From: Minisyncoccota bacterium
GTDB taxonomy: Bacteria > Patescibacteriota > Minisyncoccia > UBA6257 > HR35
Length of the DNA stretch: 33,416 nucleotides
NCBI GenBank assembly: GCA_032249155.1
Contig: JAVVGJ010000004.1
Coordinates: forward strand, 1-33,416
Direction of reading: 5' to 3'
Of the stretch, positions 11,996-21,173 are shown piece by piece. Both the position numbers and the translations under genes were made by a program. Position 1 is the first letter of the stretch; each line of letters opens with the position of its first letter. The notes beneath the pieces are model-generated. The model saw only the letters and a list, made by a program, of their open reading frames with translations, had not been told where the DNA came from and did no database searches.

Positions 11996-13056
11996 TGGAT
12001 AAAAGACTTCAAGAAATTTTAGAATTTGCCGTAAGCGAAAAAGCTTCAGATATTCATATTTTGCCAGGAAGCTTTCCTGTGATTAGAAAAGATGGTGAGC
12101 TTTTTTCTTTAACACATTTTGATGCTATTACTTCTCAAGATTCAGAAAAAATGCTTTTTTCTCTTTTAGATGCAGAACTCAAAGAAAGAATTTTAAGGCA
12201 AAAGGATCTTGACTTTTCTTTTTATTTAACTGAATCAATTAGATTTAGAGCAAACGTCTATCTTCAGTTTAATGGTTGGGCTGGTGCTTTTAGAGTTATT
12301 CCTAATGAAATTAAAAGTATTGAAGAGTTAAACCTACCTCCAATCTTACATGAATTTTTAGAAAGAAGACAAGGGCTTATTTTAATAACAGGACCAGCTG
12401 GCATGGGTAAATCAACAACTTTAGCTGCTATGATAGATGAAATTAATCATACAAGGCAAGACCATATTATTACTATTGAAGAGCCTATCGAATATGTTTT
12501 TACTCCAGATAAATCAGTTATTTCTCAAAGAGAAATTCCTACCCATTCTCCTACTTGGCACAGAGCTTTAAAAGCAGCTTTAAGAGAAGACCCTGATGTC
12601 ATTATGATAGGTGAGCTTCGCGATGCTCTTTCTATTTCTATTGCTCTAACAGCTGCTGAAACCGGACACCTTGTTTTAGCTACGCTGCATACTAATTCAG
12701 CTTCACAAACTATTGATCGTATTATTGATGTTCTTCCTGAGTCTCAAAAATCTCAAGCTAGACTTCAACTTGCCTCTACTTTAATAGGTATTTTGTCACA
12801 AAGACTTGTACCTAAAGTTACTGGCGGAAGAGTTCCTGCTTGTGAAGTTTTAATTGCTAATAATGCTGTAAGAAATCTTATTAGAGAGAATAAAGTTTAT
12901 CAAATTGATAACGTTATTGACACTTCTTTAAGTGAGGGTATGATTTCTTTAGATCGCTCTTTAGCTAATTTAGTGCAACTTGGTCATATTTCTTTAGAAA
13001 AAGCTCTTGAGTTTAGCCTTAAACCAGAAAGATTAAAATACTTACTTGAACAATGA
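11995..13056 (+). CDS. pilT: Type IV pilus retraction ATPase
   Basis: ASDIH, RFRANVY, GPAGMGKSTT, ALREDPDVIMIGELRD, AAETGHLV.ATLHT and the PilT signature AVRNLIRE. Confidence 0.96.
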   Translation: MDKRLQEILEFAVSEKASDIHILPGSFPVIRKDGELFSLTHFDAITSQDSEKMLFSLLDAELKERILRQKDLDFSFYLTESIRFRANVYLQFNGWAGAFRVIPNEIKSIEELNLPPILHEFLERRQGLILITGPAGMGKSTTLAAMIDEINHTRQDHIITIEEPIEYVFTPDKSVISQREIPTHSPTWHRALKAALREDPDVIMIGELRDALSISIALTAAETGHLVLATLHTNSASQTIDRIIDVLPESQKSQARLQLASTLIGILSQRLVPKVTGGRVPACEVLIANNAVRNLIRENKVYQIDNVIDTSLSEGMISLDRSLANLVQLGHISLEKALEFSLKPERLKYLLEQ

Positions 13057-14258
13057 GATTTGAATATAAAGCTTTTACACAAGAAGGGGAATTTAAAAGA
13101 GGTATTGTTTCTGCAGATTCTAAAGAAGAAGCTTTAAGAATTTTACAAGAACAAGGGCTTTTTGTTACTTATTTAGGAGAACCAAGAAGCAGGCTTTTAG
13201 AAATTTTTTCTCGAAAACCAGGTCTTAACGACATTTATCTTTTTTCTCGTCAGTTAAGTTATCTTATTAAAGCACGAACTCCTCTTGATGAAGCAGTTAA
13301 GTCTTTATCAGAAACTTCACAAAATTTTTTCTTTAGAGACATTTTAATTCAAATCTATAATGATCTTATTTCTGGTGTTCCTTTTTCAAAATCTTTAGAA
13401 AGATTTCCAGAAGTTTTTGATGCTTATTTTGTAGGGATGATTAAAATAGGTGAAACTGTTGGTACTTTAGATGAAACTTTAAATTATCTTTCTAAACACT
13501 TAGAAAACCAAATTAAATTTAGAAATAAAGCTTTGCAAGCTTTAATTTATCCTGCCATTGTTTTTGCTATGTTTATTGTGGTGATGCTTGTTCTTTTTTA
13601 TTTTGTAATTCCTCAAATTACAAGAATGTTTGTAGAAAATAATATTCCTTTGCCAACAATTACAAAGATTTTTCAATTTATTTCTGATTTCATTTTAAAC
13701 TTTGGCTTTTTCTTTCTTATTATCGTTTTTGCTTTCTTCTATTATCTTTTTAAATATTTTCGAACTAAAGAAGGAAGAAAAATCTTTTTTGAGTTTATAA
13801 ATTACGTACCATTTTTAAGTCCTCTTTTTAAAAATATCTATACTGCTCAGTTTTTAGAGTCTCTTTTTTACTTAACTAAAGGAGGTGTACCTTTAGTTGA
13901 AGCTTTAGCAATTATAAGAGATAGCATTGCCCATCCTGCTTATGAATATGCTTTAGAATATATGATTGAAGAAGTCAAAAAAGGTAAGCCTTTAAGCGGT
14001 GCTATGGAAGAATTTCCGGAGCTTTTTCCAGCTATTATTATTCAAGCTATGAGAACTGCTGAAAAAACTGGTCAAATGGCTGAAATTACTTATACTCTTT
14101 TAGAGTTTTATTCAGAAACAGTGGAAACTCAATTTGCTAATTTAGGTGAAGCTTTGCAGCCCTTTCTTATTTTAATTTTAGGTGGCGGTTTAGGACTTTT
14201 AGAAGCTTCTCTTTTAATACCTCTTTTAAACCTTACTAAATATATCCAAAACTTTTAG
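13053..14258 (+). CDS. pilC: Type IV pilus platform protein (GspF/PilC family)
   Basis: FEYKA N-terminus, two T2SSF domains (FSRQLS...GETVGTL; GVPL..AL...AEKTG), ALIYP and three TM segments. Confidence 0.95.
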   Translation: MRFEYKAFTQEGEFKRGIVSADSKEEALRILQEQGLFVTYLGEPRSRLLEIFSRKPGLNDIYLFSRQLSYLIKARTPLDEAVKSLSETSQNFFFRDILIQIYNDLISGVPFSKSLERFPEVFDAYFVGMIKIGETVGTLDETLNYLSKHLENQIKFRNKALQALIYPAIVFAMFIVVMLVLFYFVIPQITRMFVENNIPLPTITKIFQFISDFILNFGFFFLIIVFAFFYYLFKYFRTKEGRKIFFEFINYVPFLSPLFKNIYTAQFLESLFYLTKGGVPLVEALAIIRDSIAHPAYEYALEYMIEEVKKGKPLSGAMEEFPELFPAIIIQAMRTAEKTGQMAEITYTLLEFYSETVETQFANLGEALQPFLILILGGGLGLLEASLLIPLLNLTKYIQNF

Positions 14259-14263
14259 CATCT

Positions 14264-15082
14264 ATGTATGTTATCTTTTTAATCTTTGGCCTTTTTTGGG
14301 GTTCTTTTTTAAATAATGTTGCTTATAGACTTAAAGAAGGAGAAAGTTTTTTTTTAAACCGTTCTAAATGTCCATCTTGCGGTCATGTTTTAAAAGTAAA
14401 AGATTTAATTCCTCTTTTAAGCTTTATTTTGCTAAAAGGTAAATGTCGATACTGTCAAGCTAAAATTTCTTTAAGATATCCTTTAACAGAGATAGCTACT
14501 TCACTTTTTACTTTTTCTTTAGCTTTATTTTTTAAACCCTTTAACAACCCTTACTTTTTTATTCTTTTTCTCTTTTACTTTTTTCTTCTTTCAGTTCTTT
14601 TTATCTTAGCTTTATATGATTTTGATACTTATCTTGTCGATGATAGATTTTTAATTTTTCTCCTTATTTTAGGAATAATTTTTATTTCTTATCATTTTTA
14701 TTTCAAAATTCCTTTTCCAGACTTTAGCTATCTTTTAAATTATTTTTTCATTCTCCCATCTTATTTGGAAACATTCTTTTCTTCTTTTCTCCTTTCTTCA
14801 ATTTTTCTTTTTATTTATCTTCTTACTAAAGGAGAAGGTTTAGGTTTTGGAGATGTTAAAACAGTTTTCACAATTGGTCTTTTTCTAAAACCTGGTGATG
14901 CTCTTCTTTTTTTAGTTTTTTCTTCTTTGTTTGGTTCAATTTATGGCCTTATCATATTTTTAAAAGAAAAAAATCTTAAAAAACCGATACCTTTCATACC
15001 TTTTTTCTTTTTAGGTCTTTTAAGTGTTATTTTATTTGGCAATTATTTTACGAGACTTTACATCCAACTTTTTCATTTTTAA
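14264..15082 (+). CDS. pilD: Prepilin peptidase / N-methyltransferase (A24)
   Basis: GSFLN, RSKCPSC, GKCRYC, ISLRYP, catalytic Asp motifs (LYD; GFGDVK) and IPFIPF. Confidence 0.95.
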   Translation: MYVIFLIFGLFWGSFLNNVAYRLKEGESFFLNRSKCPSCGHVLKVKDLIPLLSFILLKGKCRYCQAKISLRYPLTEIATSLFTFSLALFFKPFNNPYFFILFLFYFFLLSVLFILALYDFDTYLVDDRFLIFLLILGIIFISYHFYFKIPFPDFSYLLNYFFILPSYLETFFSSFLLSSIFLFIYLLTKGEGLGFGDVKTVFTIGLFLKPGDALLFLVFSSLFGSIYGLIIFLKEKNLKKPIPFIPFFFLGLLSVILFGNYFTRLYIQLFHF

Positions 15083-15101
15083 AAGAGTTTTATTCATTTT
15101 G

Positions 15102-15110
15102 TGGTAAAAT
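15102..15110 (+). promoter_or_regulatory. Putative extended -10 promoter for gatC
   Basis: TGGTAAAAT 6 nt before ATG 15117. No SD. Confidence 0.6.
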
Positions 15111-15116
15111 TAAATT

Positions 15117-15395
15117 ATGTTAGATAAAGAAAAATTAAAACATTATGCTTTTTTAGCTAGGCTTACTTTAAGCGAAGATGAGTTAGAAACTTTTTCTTCA
15201 CAGCTTCAAAAAGTTTTAGATTATGTGAGTAAAATAAATGAGCTTGATTTAACTGATTTTGAACCGTTAACCAATCTTCTGCCATCTTTACCTTTAAGAG
15301 AAGATAAGCCTGAAGAAAGCAAAAACAGAGTAGATATTATTAATAACTTCCCTGATAAAGAAGGAAATTATCTAAAAGTTCCTAAAATTCTTTAA
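15117..15395 (+). CDS. gatC: Asp/Glu-tRNA amidotransferase subunit C
   Basis: A.LARL, LRED and YLKVPKIL motifs. 92 aa. Confidence 0.93.
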   Translation: MLDKEKLKHYAFLARLTLSEDELETFSSQLQKVLDYVSKINELDLTDFEPLTNLLPSLPLREDKPEESKNRVDIINNFPDKEGNYLKVPKIL

Positions 15396-15449
15396 ATATT
15401 CTTTAAAGATTAAAAGATTAAAAATATTTTATTTAAAAAATTTTTAAAT

Positions 15450-16904
15450 ATGGCTTTAATTAAAAAACCACCAATTGTTACTATTTTAGGACATGTTGAT
15501 CATGGAAAGACTTCTCTTTTAGATTATATTAGAAAGACAAACGTAGTCAGTTTAGAAGCTGGTGGTATTACTCAAAAAATAGGAGCTTATGAAATAGAAT
15601 TTAAAGGAGAAAAAATTACTTTCATCGATACTCCAGGGCATGAAGCTTTTACTAAACTTAGAGAAAGAGGATCTAAAATAGCAGATTTAGCCATTTTAGT
15701 TGTTGCTGCTGACGAAGGTGTTAAACCGCAAACCAAAGAAAGTTTAGAATTTTTAAAAGCATTTAATATTCCATTTATTGTGGCTTTAAATAAAATAGAT
15801 AAAAAAGAAGCTGATCCTGAAAGAGTTTTAGGAGAACTTACAGAAATAGGGGTCATTCCAGAAAAATGGGGAGGAGAAACTCCTATAATTTATACTTCAG
15901 CTAAAACAGGTGAAGGTATTGATGAACTTTTAGAGACAATAATTATTTTAAGAGACTTATATGATATGAAAACAGAAGACGAGGGCAGGGCTGAAGGTTA
16001 TATTTTAGAAGTTTTTAAAGATCCTAAAAGAGGCATTTTGGCTAGTCTTATTATTAATAAAGGAAAGTTAAAGTTTGGAGATTTTTTAGTTACGGCTTCT
16101 TCTTATGGTAAAGTAAGAATTTTAGAAGATGATTTGGGAAATAAAATAAAAGAAGCTAAACCTTCAAAACCTGTTCTAGTTGGCAATTTTGAAGCTTTAC
16201 CTTCAGCAGGAGAAGAATTCAGAGTTATTTCAGAAGAGGAAAAAGAAAAAGTTCAGGAAATTCTTCAAGAAAAAGAAAAAGAATATTTCAAAAAGTTTAT
16301 TTTTGTTTCTTCAGAGTCTAAAGGAGATATTAACTTAATTGTCAGAGCTGATCACATAGGTTCTTTAGAAGCTTTAGACAAAGTTTTACAAAATTTAGCT
16401 GAGAGACTTCAAATTAATATCAAAATTATAAAACAGGATTTAGGACCTATTACAAGCCAAGATTTAGATTTAGCCAAAGATTTTGAAGCCATCTTTGTTT
16501 CTTTTAATTTAAAAAATCCTAAAAATATCTTAGATGAAATTAGAAACCTTAATCTTGTAGTCATTGAAGATAATGTTATTTATAGAATTGAAGAAAAATT
16601 GGAAAATCTTATTAAAGGTAAAGAAGAAGAAAAAAATCTACCTAAAGGAAAACTTGAAGTTTTAGCTACTTTTAGCAAAACTAAAACCAAAAAAACAGTT
16701 GGTGGTAAAGTAATTTTAGGAAGGATTAAATTGGGAGATAAAATTATTATTTTAAGAAATGAAGAATTTATAGGGAGAGGTAAGATAATAAGTTTAGAAA
16801 AAAATAAATTGCCTTCTGAGGAAGTTAAAGAAAATGAGCTTTGTGGTTTGATAGTGGAAACTTCAAAAGATATTGAAGTTGGTGATATAATAATAGCAGA
16901 ATGA
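15450..16904 (+). CDS. infB: Translation initiation factor IF-2 (short form, no N-terminal region)
   Basis: PPIVTILGHVDHGKTSLLD, EAGGITQ, DTPGHEAF, NKID and SAKTG. 484 aa, starting at the G domain. Confidence 0.96.
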   Translation: MALIKKPPIVTILGHVDHGKTSLLDYIRKTNVVSLEAGGITQKIGAYEIEFKGEKITFIDTPGHEAFTKLRERGSKIADLAILVVAADEGVKPQTKESLEFLKAFNIPFIVALNKIDKKEADPERVLGELTEIGVIPEKWGGETPIIYTSAKTGEGIDELLETIIILRDLYDMKTEDEGRAEGYILEVFKDPKRGILASLIINKGKLKFGDFLVTASSYGKVRILEDDLGNKIKEAKPSKPVLVGNFEALPSAGEEFRVISEEEKEKVQEILQEKEKEYFKKFIFVSSESKGDINLIVRADHIGSLEALDKVLQNLAERLQINIKIIKQDLGPITSQDLDLAKDFEAIFVSFNLKNPKNILDEIRNLNLVVIEDNVIYRIEEKLENLIKGKEEEKNLPKGKLEVLATFSKTKTKKTVGGKVILGRIKLGDKIIILRNEEFIGRGKIISLEKNKLPSEEVKENELCGLIVETSKDIEVGDIIIAE

Positions 16905-17098
16905 TCAGCGATAAAATAAATAAAATTCTTTTCTTTGTTATTCTTATAAGTCTTCTTCTCTTTTTTACTATTCTTAATTTCAGATTCTATCAAGAATATC
17001 CCCAAATTTATACTCCTACAGAAGAAATAGAAACTTTTACTACCTCAGAAATTTCTCCAGAGATTATGCAAGAAATTTTTCCTACTTCGAGTTACTAA
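16901..17098 (+). CDS. Small single-TM hypothetical protein with an acidic Thr/Ser tail
   Basis: ATGA-coupled to infB. Hydrophobic N-terminal helix and a Glu/Thr/Pro-rich tail. Confidence 0.55.
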   Translation: MISDKINKILFFVILISLLLFFTILNFRFYQEYPQIYTPTEEIETFTTSEISPEIMQEIFPTSSY

Positions 17099-18068
17099 AA
17101 ATTTTTTCAGCTAATTCAAAAGGGTCATAGGAAACAACAGAGTTCATAAAAACTTCTAAACTACCAAAGTCGCTCACTATTCTATGACTTTCTCCCCTAT
17201 CTACTAAGAAAGCAATATTTTTAATTTTTTCCGAATTTACGAGATAAAGAAAATTAAAATTTTCAAAACCAAAACTCCTTAATTTTTTTAAATAATTCCA
17301 AAAAGATAAAACATTTTCTCCCTTAAACTCACCTAAAAAATCAATCTCTCTTTCTTTTATAGGTGTTAAACTTAAAAAAATTTTAAGTCCCCTTTCTTCT
17401 TTAGCTAAGCCAAGAAAATTTAAAGCCTTAAAGAGATCTTTAAAATAATCTCCTTTAAAGTTTTTTTGATATTCTTCCAATCTATTCTTTAAAAATTCAA
17501 ATTTCATAGGTGTATGATAAAAAGAAAGAAGTTGAAAATGAGTATGATAAATAGAAGCACCTGATCTGTAATTATAATTCCAAATTAAGATACTTGTTTT
17601 TGTTTTAAATCTTTCTTCAATTTTTTGAAACCATAAATAAGCTAAATCGAAAGCATAAAGAAAATCTTTTTCGTTAAGATCTTCTAATTCATGTTTTTTA
17701 AAGTAAAGAACGCTATGAAAAGGAGCCATTTTGGAAATGTTGCTTACAATCTTAGCTGATTCATTTTCTAAAGAGCCAAGTTCATCATTTATAGTTAAAT
17801 CGCTTCGACAGAAAGGATCATAATCATCTTTTAAAGAAAAACTTTTTTTAGGTAAATGTCTTTTAGCTCGGGAAGCATTAAAAATAGTTTCTGAATTTAA
17901 GATTTTATTTCTGACAATAGTAATTTTTTGATTTAAAAAATCAGGAAAAATTTCCTTAGCTCTTGGATCTTCTAATTTTATTTCATATTCTTTGATTTCA
18001 AAAATTCTTTCAAAAATTTCTTTTATTTCTGGTTTTTGATTTAATTTATTTTCAATTTTTTCCTTCAT
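17082..18068 (-). CDS. GalT-like nucleotidyltransferase/phosphorylase (HIT superfamily)
   Basis: WN....SGASIYHTHFQ matches the GalT-branch HxHxQ signature. Also N..RAKR, DPFC and a PFH motif. Confidence 0.7.
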   Translation of the reverse strand: MKEKIENKLNQKPEIKEIFERIFEIKEYEIKLEDPRAKEIFPDFLNQKITIVRNKILNSETIFNASRAKRHLPKKSFSLKDDYDPFCRSDLTINDELGSLENESAKIVSNISKMAPFHSVLYFKKHELEDLNEKDFLYAFDLAYLWFQKIEERFKTKTSILIWNYNYRSGASIYHTHFQLLSFYHTPMKFEFLKNRLEEYQKNFKGDYFKDLFKALNFLGLAKEERGLKIFLSLTPIKEREIDFLGEFKGENVLSFWNYLKKLRSFGFENFNFLYLVNSEKIKNIAFLVDRGESHRIVSDFGSLEVFMNSVVSYDPFELAEKIFSNSK

Positions 18069-18627
18069 TCAACTTTAGAAAATAATCTTTGCTTAAATTA
18101 AGTTCATTAGGTAATTTTTCTTCAAGCTTTTCTAAAATGATTTTAAATTCTTTTTTAATTTTATCCAAAACTTTTTTCTCTTCCTCGTCCCATTTTTTAA
18201 GAACCAAATTACCTGCTAAAACTCTTTTCTTTTTTTGAATGCCAATTCTAAATCTCCAGAAATTTTTACTTTTTATTTCTTTAAAAATTGACTCTATACC
18301 CTTATGCCCGCCACTTCCTGAAGCAAAAGAAACTTTAAAAAAAGGAAAAAGAAGATCAGCTTCATCATGTATTACCAAGAGATTTTCTGGTTTTAATTTA
18401 AAAAATTTTAATGCTTCTTTAACGCTTCTGCCACTTTCATTCATATAACCTTTATTTGAAGCTAAAATTAAATGATTGTATTTTGCAAAATAAAAACTCT
18501 TTTCCTCTTTTCTTTCTTTTATATAAAAATCAATTATTTCTTTCCCTATATTATGTCTCGAAGAGTAGAATTCCTCCCCTTCATTACCTAATCCAAAAAC
18601 TAGCCTTATTTTTTCTTTCTTTTTCAT
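18052..18627 (-). CDS. pth: Peptidyl-tRNA hydrolase
   Basis: GLGN, SRHNIG, YMNESG, VIHDE, GGHKG and RFRIGI motifs. Confidence 0.95.
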   Translation of the reverse strand: MKKKEKIRLVFGLGNEGEEFYSSRHNIGKEIIDFYIKERKEEKSFYFAKYNHLILASNKGYMNESGRSVKEALKFFKLKPENLLVIHDEADLLFPFFKVSFASGSGGHKGIESIFKEIKSKNFWRFRIGIQKKKRVLAGNLVLKKWDEEEKKVLDKIKKEFKIILEKLEEKLPNELNLSKDYFLKLNEGKN

Positions 18628-18642
18628 GTTATAATTATTTTA
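18627..18642. promoter_or_regulatory. Divergent promoter region pth/lepB
   Basis: Plus strand TGTTATAAT (18627-18635) lies 30 nt before lepB. Minus strand TAAAAT (18637-18642) lies 9 nt before the pth ATG. Confidence 0.5.
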
Positions 18643-18665
18643 AGAAGTAAATCTTATTTTTCGAA

Positions 18666-19223
18666 ATGTCCAAAAAGGATTTTTTGACATTTTTAGAACT
18701 TTTTATTTTTTTTCTCTTTATTATTCCTATAAGACTTTTTGTTTTTGAACCTTTTTTTGTTCAAGGTAAAAGTATGGAGCCAAATTATTTCTCCTTTGAT
18801 TATCTTATTGTTGACAAAATTAGCTATCTTTTTATTGAACCAAAAAGAGGAGATGTTGTTGTTTTCAAGCCTCCTTTTAATGACAAAGTCTATTATATTA
18901 AAAGAATTATCGGGCTACCCGGAGAAAAAGTAGTTATTGAAAATTCAAAAATTATTATCTACAACAAAGATCACCCCAATGGTTTTGAACTAAAAGAAGA
19001 TTATCTTCAAGGTCACTATACATCCGGATTTAAAGAAATTACTTTGGGAAAAGACGAATATTTTGTTTTGGGTGATAATAGAGAAATAAGTTCTGATTCA
19101 AGGAGCTGGGGGCCAGTTAAAAGAGAAAGGATAGTTGGTCGAGTTTTCTTTCATTTTTCTTTTAAGAGAACCTTAGATAATTTAAAAAGTATTTTAAAGA
19201 TAAAAAATGAAGCTACCATTTAG
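18666..19223 (+). CDS. lepB: Signal peptidase I
   Basis: TM segment, GKSMEPN (catalytic Ser), RGDVVVF, YIKRIIGLPGE (catalytic Lys) and GDNR..S.DSR.WG. Confidence 0.96.
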   Translation: MSKKDFLTFLELFIFFLFIIPIRLFVFEPFFVQGKSMEPNYFSFDYLIVDKISYLFIEPKRGDVVVFKPPFNDKVYYIKRIIGLPGEKVVIENSKIIIYNKDHPNGFELKEDYLQGHYTSGFKEITLGKDEYFVLGDNREISSDSRSWGPVKRERIVGRVFFHFSFKRTLDNLKSILKIKNEATI

Positions 19224-20487
19224 TAAAATCAAAGGAACAAAAGATAAATATGGAAACGAAGCAGATTTTTTCCTTAAACTTTATGACTTGCTTTTTAAGT
19301 TTTCTGTAAGTCACGGATTTAAATATGTAGAAACTCCTCTTCTTGAAAACGAAAAAGTTTTTACTACTAGTTTAGGACAAACTTCTGATGTTGTTGAAAA
19401 AGAGATGTTTTATCTTAAAGGAAGTGAAAAGAAAGAAAAAATTGTTTTAAGGCCTGAAAATACAGCTCCTATAGTGAGACTCTATTTTGAAGAAGGGCTT
19501 CATACAGAACCTCAGCCACTTCTTTTTTTCTATTTAGGGAAAATGTACCGTAAAGAAAATCCTCAAAGAGGAAGACTGAGAGAATTTACTCAATGGGGCG
19601 TAGAGATTATAAATACTGAAAGCCCCTTTGCTGATTTTTACGCTATCTATGTAGGATATAAATTTCTTAAAGAAATATTAAACTTTACAAATTTGAAAGT
19701 CAAAATAAATAGTTTAGGTTGTGAAAAATGTAGGCCAAAATATAAAACTAAATTGATTTCTTATTATTCAAGATATAAAAATAAAATTTGTTATGACTGC
19801 CAAAGAAGGCTTAAAGTTAACCCTCTTCGTCTTCTTGATTGTAAAAACGTTATTTGCCAACCATATAAAAAGAACGCTCCTTTTATTTTAGATTCTCTTT
19901 GTAAATTCTGTAATCTTCATTTTCAAGAAACCCTCTCTTATTTAGAAAAAACAAATACTTTTTATGAACTAGATAAAACTTTAGTTAGAGGTTTTGATTA
20001 CTATGAAAGGACCGTTTTTGAATACTATCTTGAAGATGATAATTTAGCTTTGGGTGGTGGAGGAAGGTATGATTTGGGAAAAGCTTGGGGACAAAATTCT
20101 CTTCCAAGCGTTGGTTTTGCTTTAGGTTTGGAAAGATTAAAAATCGTTTTGGAAGAAAAAGGAATTAATCTCTTTTATTCTGAAAAACCTGATATTTTTG
20201 TTGCTTATGTAGGTGAAGAACTCAAAATGAAAGCTTTTGAAATTTTAGAAAATTTAAGAAAAGAAGGATTTAACGTAAGTTTTAATTTTTTTAAACAAGC
20301 TTTAAGCCAGCAACTTGAATATGCTAACAAAATTGGTGTAAAATATGTAATAATTGTTGGTTTTGAAGAAATGAGTAAAAATGCTGTTATTTTAAAAGAT
20401 TTTGAAGAAGGAACACAAGAAACTATCTTTATTTCTAAATTAAGCGAAGAACTTAAGAAAAGATTAAACCAAATAAAAAATGTCTGA
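19207..20487 (+). CDS. hisS: Histidyl-tRNA synthetase
   Basis: KGTKD, KEMF, LRPENTA, R.ENPQRGRLREFTQ, LVRGFDYY, GGGRYD, GFALGLERL and a C-terminal anticodon-binding domain. Confidence 0.97.
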   Translation: MKLPFSKIKGTKDKYGNEADFFLKLYDLLFKFSVSHGFKYVETPLLENEKVFTTSLGQTSDVVEKEMFYLKGSEKKEKIVLRPENTAPIVRLYFEEGLHTEPQPLLFFYLGKMYRKENPQRGRLREFTQWGVEIINTESPFADFYAIYVGYKFLKEILNFTNLKVKINSLGCEKCRPKYKTKLISYYSRYKNKICYDCQRRLKVNPLRLLDCKNVICQPYKKNAPFILDSLCKFCNLHFQETLSYLEKTNTFYELDKTLVRGFDYYERTVFEYYLEDDNLALGGGGRYDLGKAWGQNSLPSVGFALGLERLKIVLEEKGINLFYSEKPDIFVAYVGEELKMKAFEILENLRKEGFNVSFNFFKQALSQQLEYANKIGVKYVIIVGFEEMSKNAVILKDFEEGTQETIFISKLSEELKKRLNQIKNV

Positions 20488-20902
20488 TTGCGTTTTTTGT
20501 AAAATAGCAAAAAAAGAAATAGAAAGTTATGTTATTGAAGAAACTGAAAATTTTATTTCTTTTCTTGACATTAAACCACATGCTCCTGGGCATACTTTGC
20601 TTATTCCTAAAAAGCATGTTGCCAATCTCGAAGAACTTCCTCAAGAGCTAGGTGAAGAGTTTGTTTTTTTATCAAAAAGATTAATCACACTTCTTTCTAA
20701 AGCCTTAGAAACTAAAGATTTTACTATCGGAATAAATCATGGAAAATTAGCTGGTCAAGCTGTAGAACATTTACATCTTCATTTCATTCCTCGTTTTAAA
20801 GATGATAAAGGAGGTTCTATCCATTCAGTTGTTTATAATCCTCCTAAAGAAGAATTGTCGGTTATTTATGAAAAAATTATGAAAGTTAAAAATGAGAGTT
20901 AA
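20480..20902 (+). CDS. HIT family nucleotide hydrolase (Hint/HinT-like)
   Basis: CVFCKI, FLDIKP..PGHTLLIPK.H and GQAVEHLHLHFIPR histidine triad. Confidence 0.95.
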   Translation: MSDCVFCKIAKKEIESYVIEETENFISFLDIKPHAPGHTLLIPKKHVANLEELPQELGEEFVFLSKRLITLLSKALETKDFTIGINHGKLAGQAVEHLHLHFIPRFKDDKGGSIHSVVYNPPKEELSVIYEKIMKVKNES

Positions 20903-21173
20903 AGCTAAAAGAAAAGAAGGTGAGTCATTAACTCAATTTTTGAAAAGATTTTTAAATAGATATGCAAAAAGCGGTTTAGCTTTAGAAATCAAAGATAAAA
21001 TGTATCGTAAAAGAAAAATGAATGAAAGAAGGAAATATGAAGCCAGAATGTATCGCTTAAAGCTTATGAGCTTTATAAAGCAGAAGCTAAAAGAAGGCAT
21101 GCCTTTTGAAAAAGCTTATGAATTGGGAAAAAGGTATATTAATTACATTAAGTATACAGGTAGAGAAGATTAA
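20892..21173 (+). CDS. rpsU: 30S ribosomal protein bS21 with a C-terminal extension
   Basis: V..KEGESL..FLKRF......SG...E.K...Y pattern of bS21. Highly basic. 93 aa versus roughly 60-70 aa for typical bS21. Confidence 0.75.
   Translation: MRVKAKRKEGESLTQFLKRFLNRYAKSGLALEIKDKMYRKRKMNERRKYEARMYRLKLMSFIKQKLKEGMPFEKAYELGKRYINYIKYTGRED

Noticed and set aside
15388-15430. Short TAAAAGAT-like tandem duplications between gatC and infB
   Set aside because: Only 2-3 degenerate copies in near-pure AT sequence. Not distinguishable from slippage noise.
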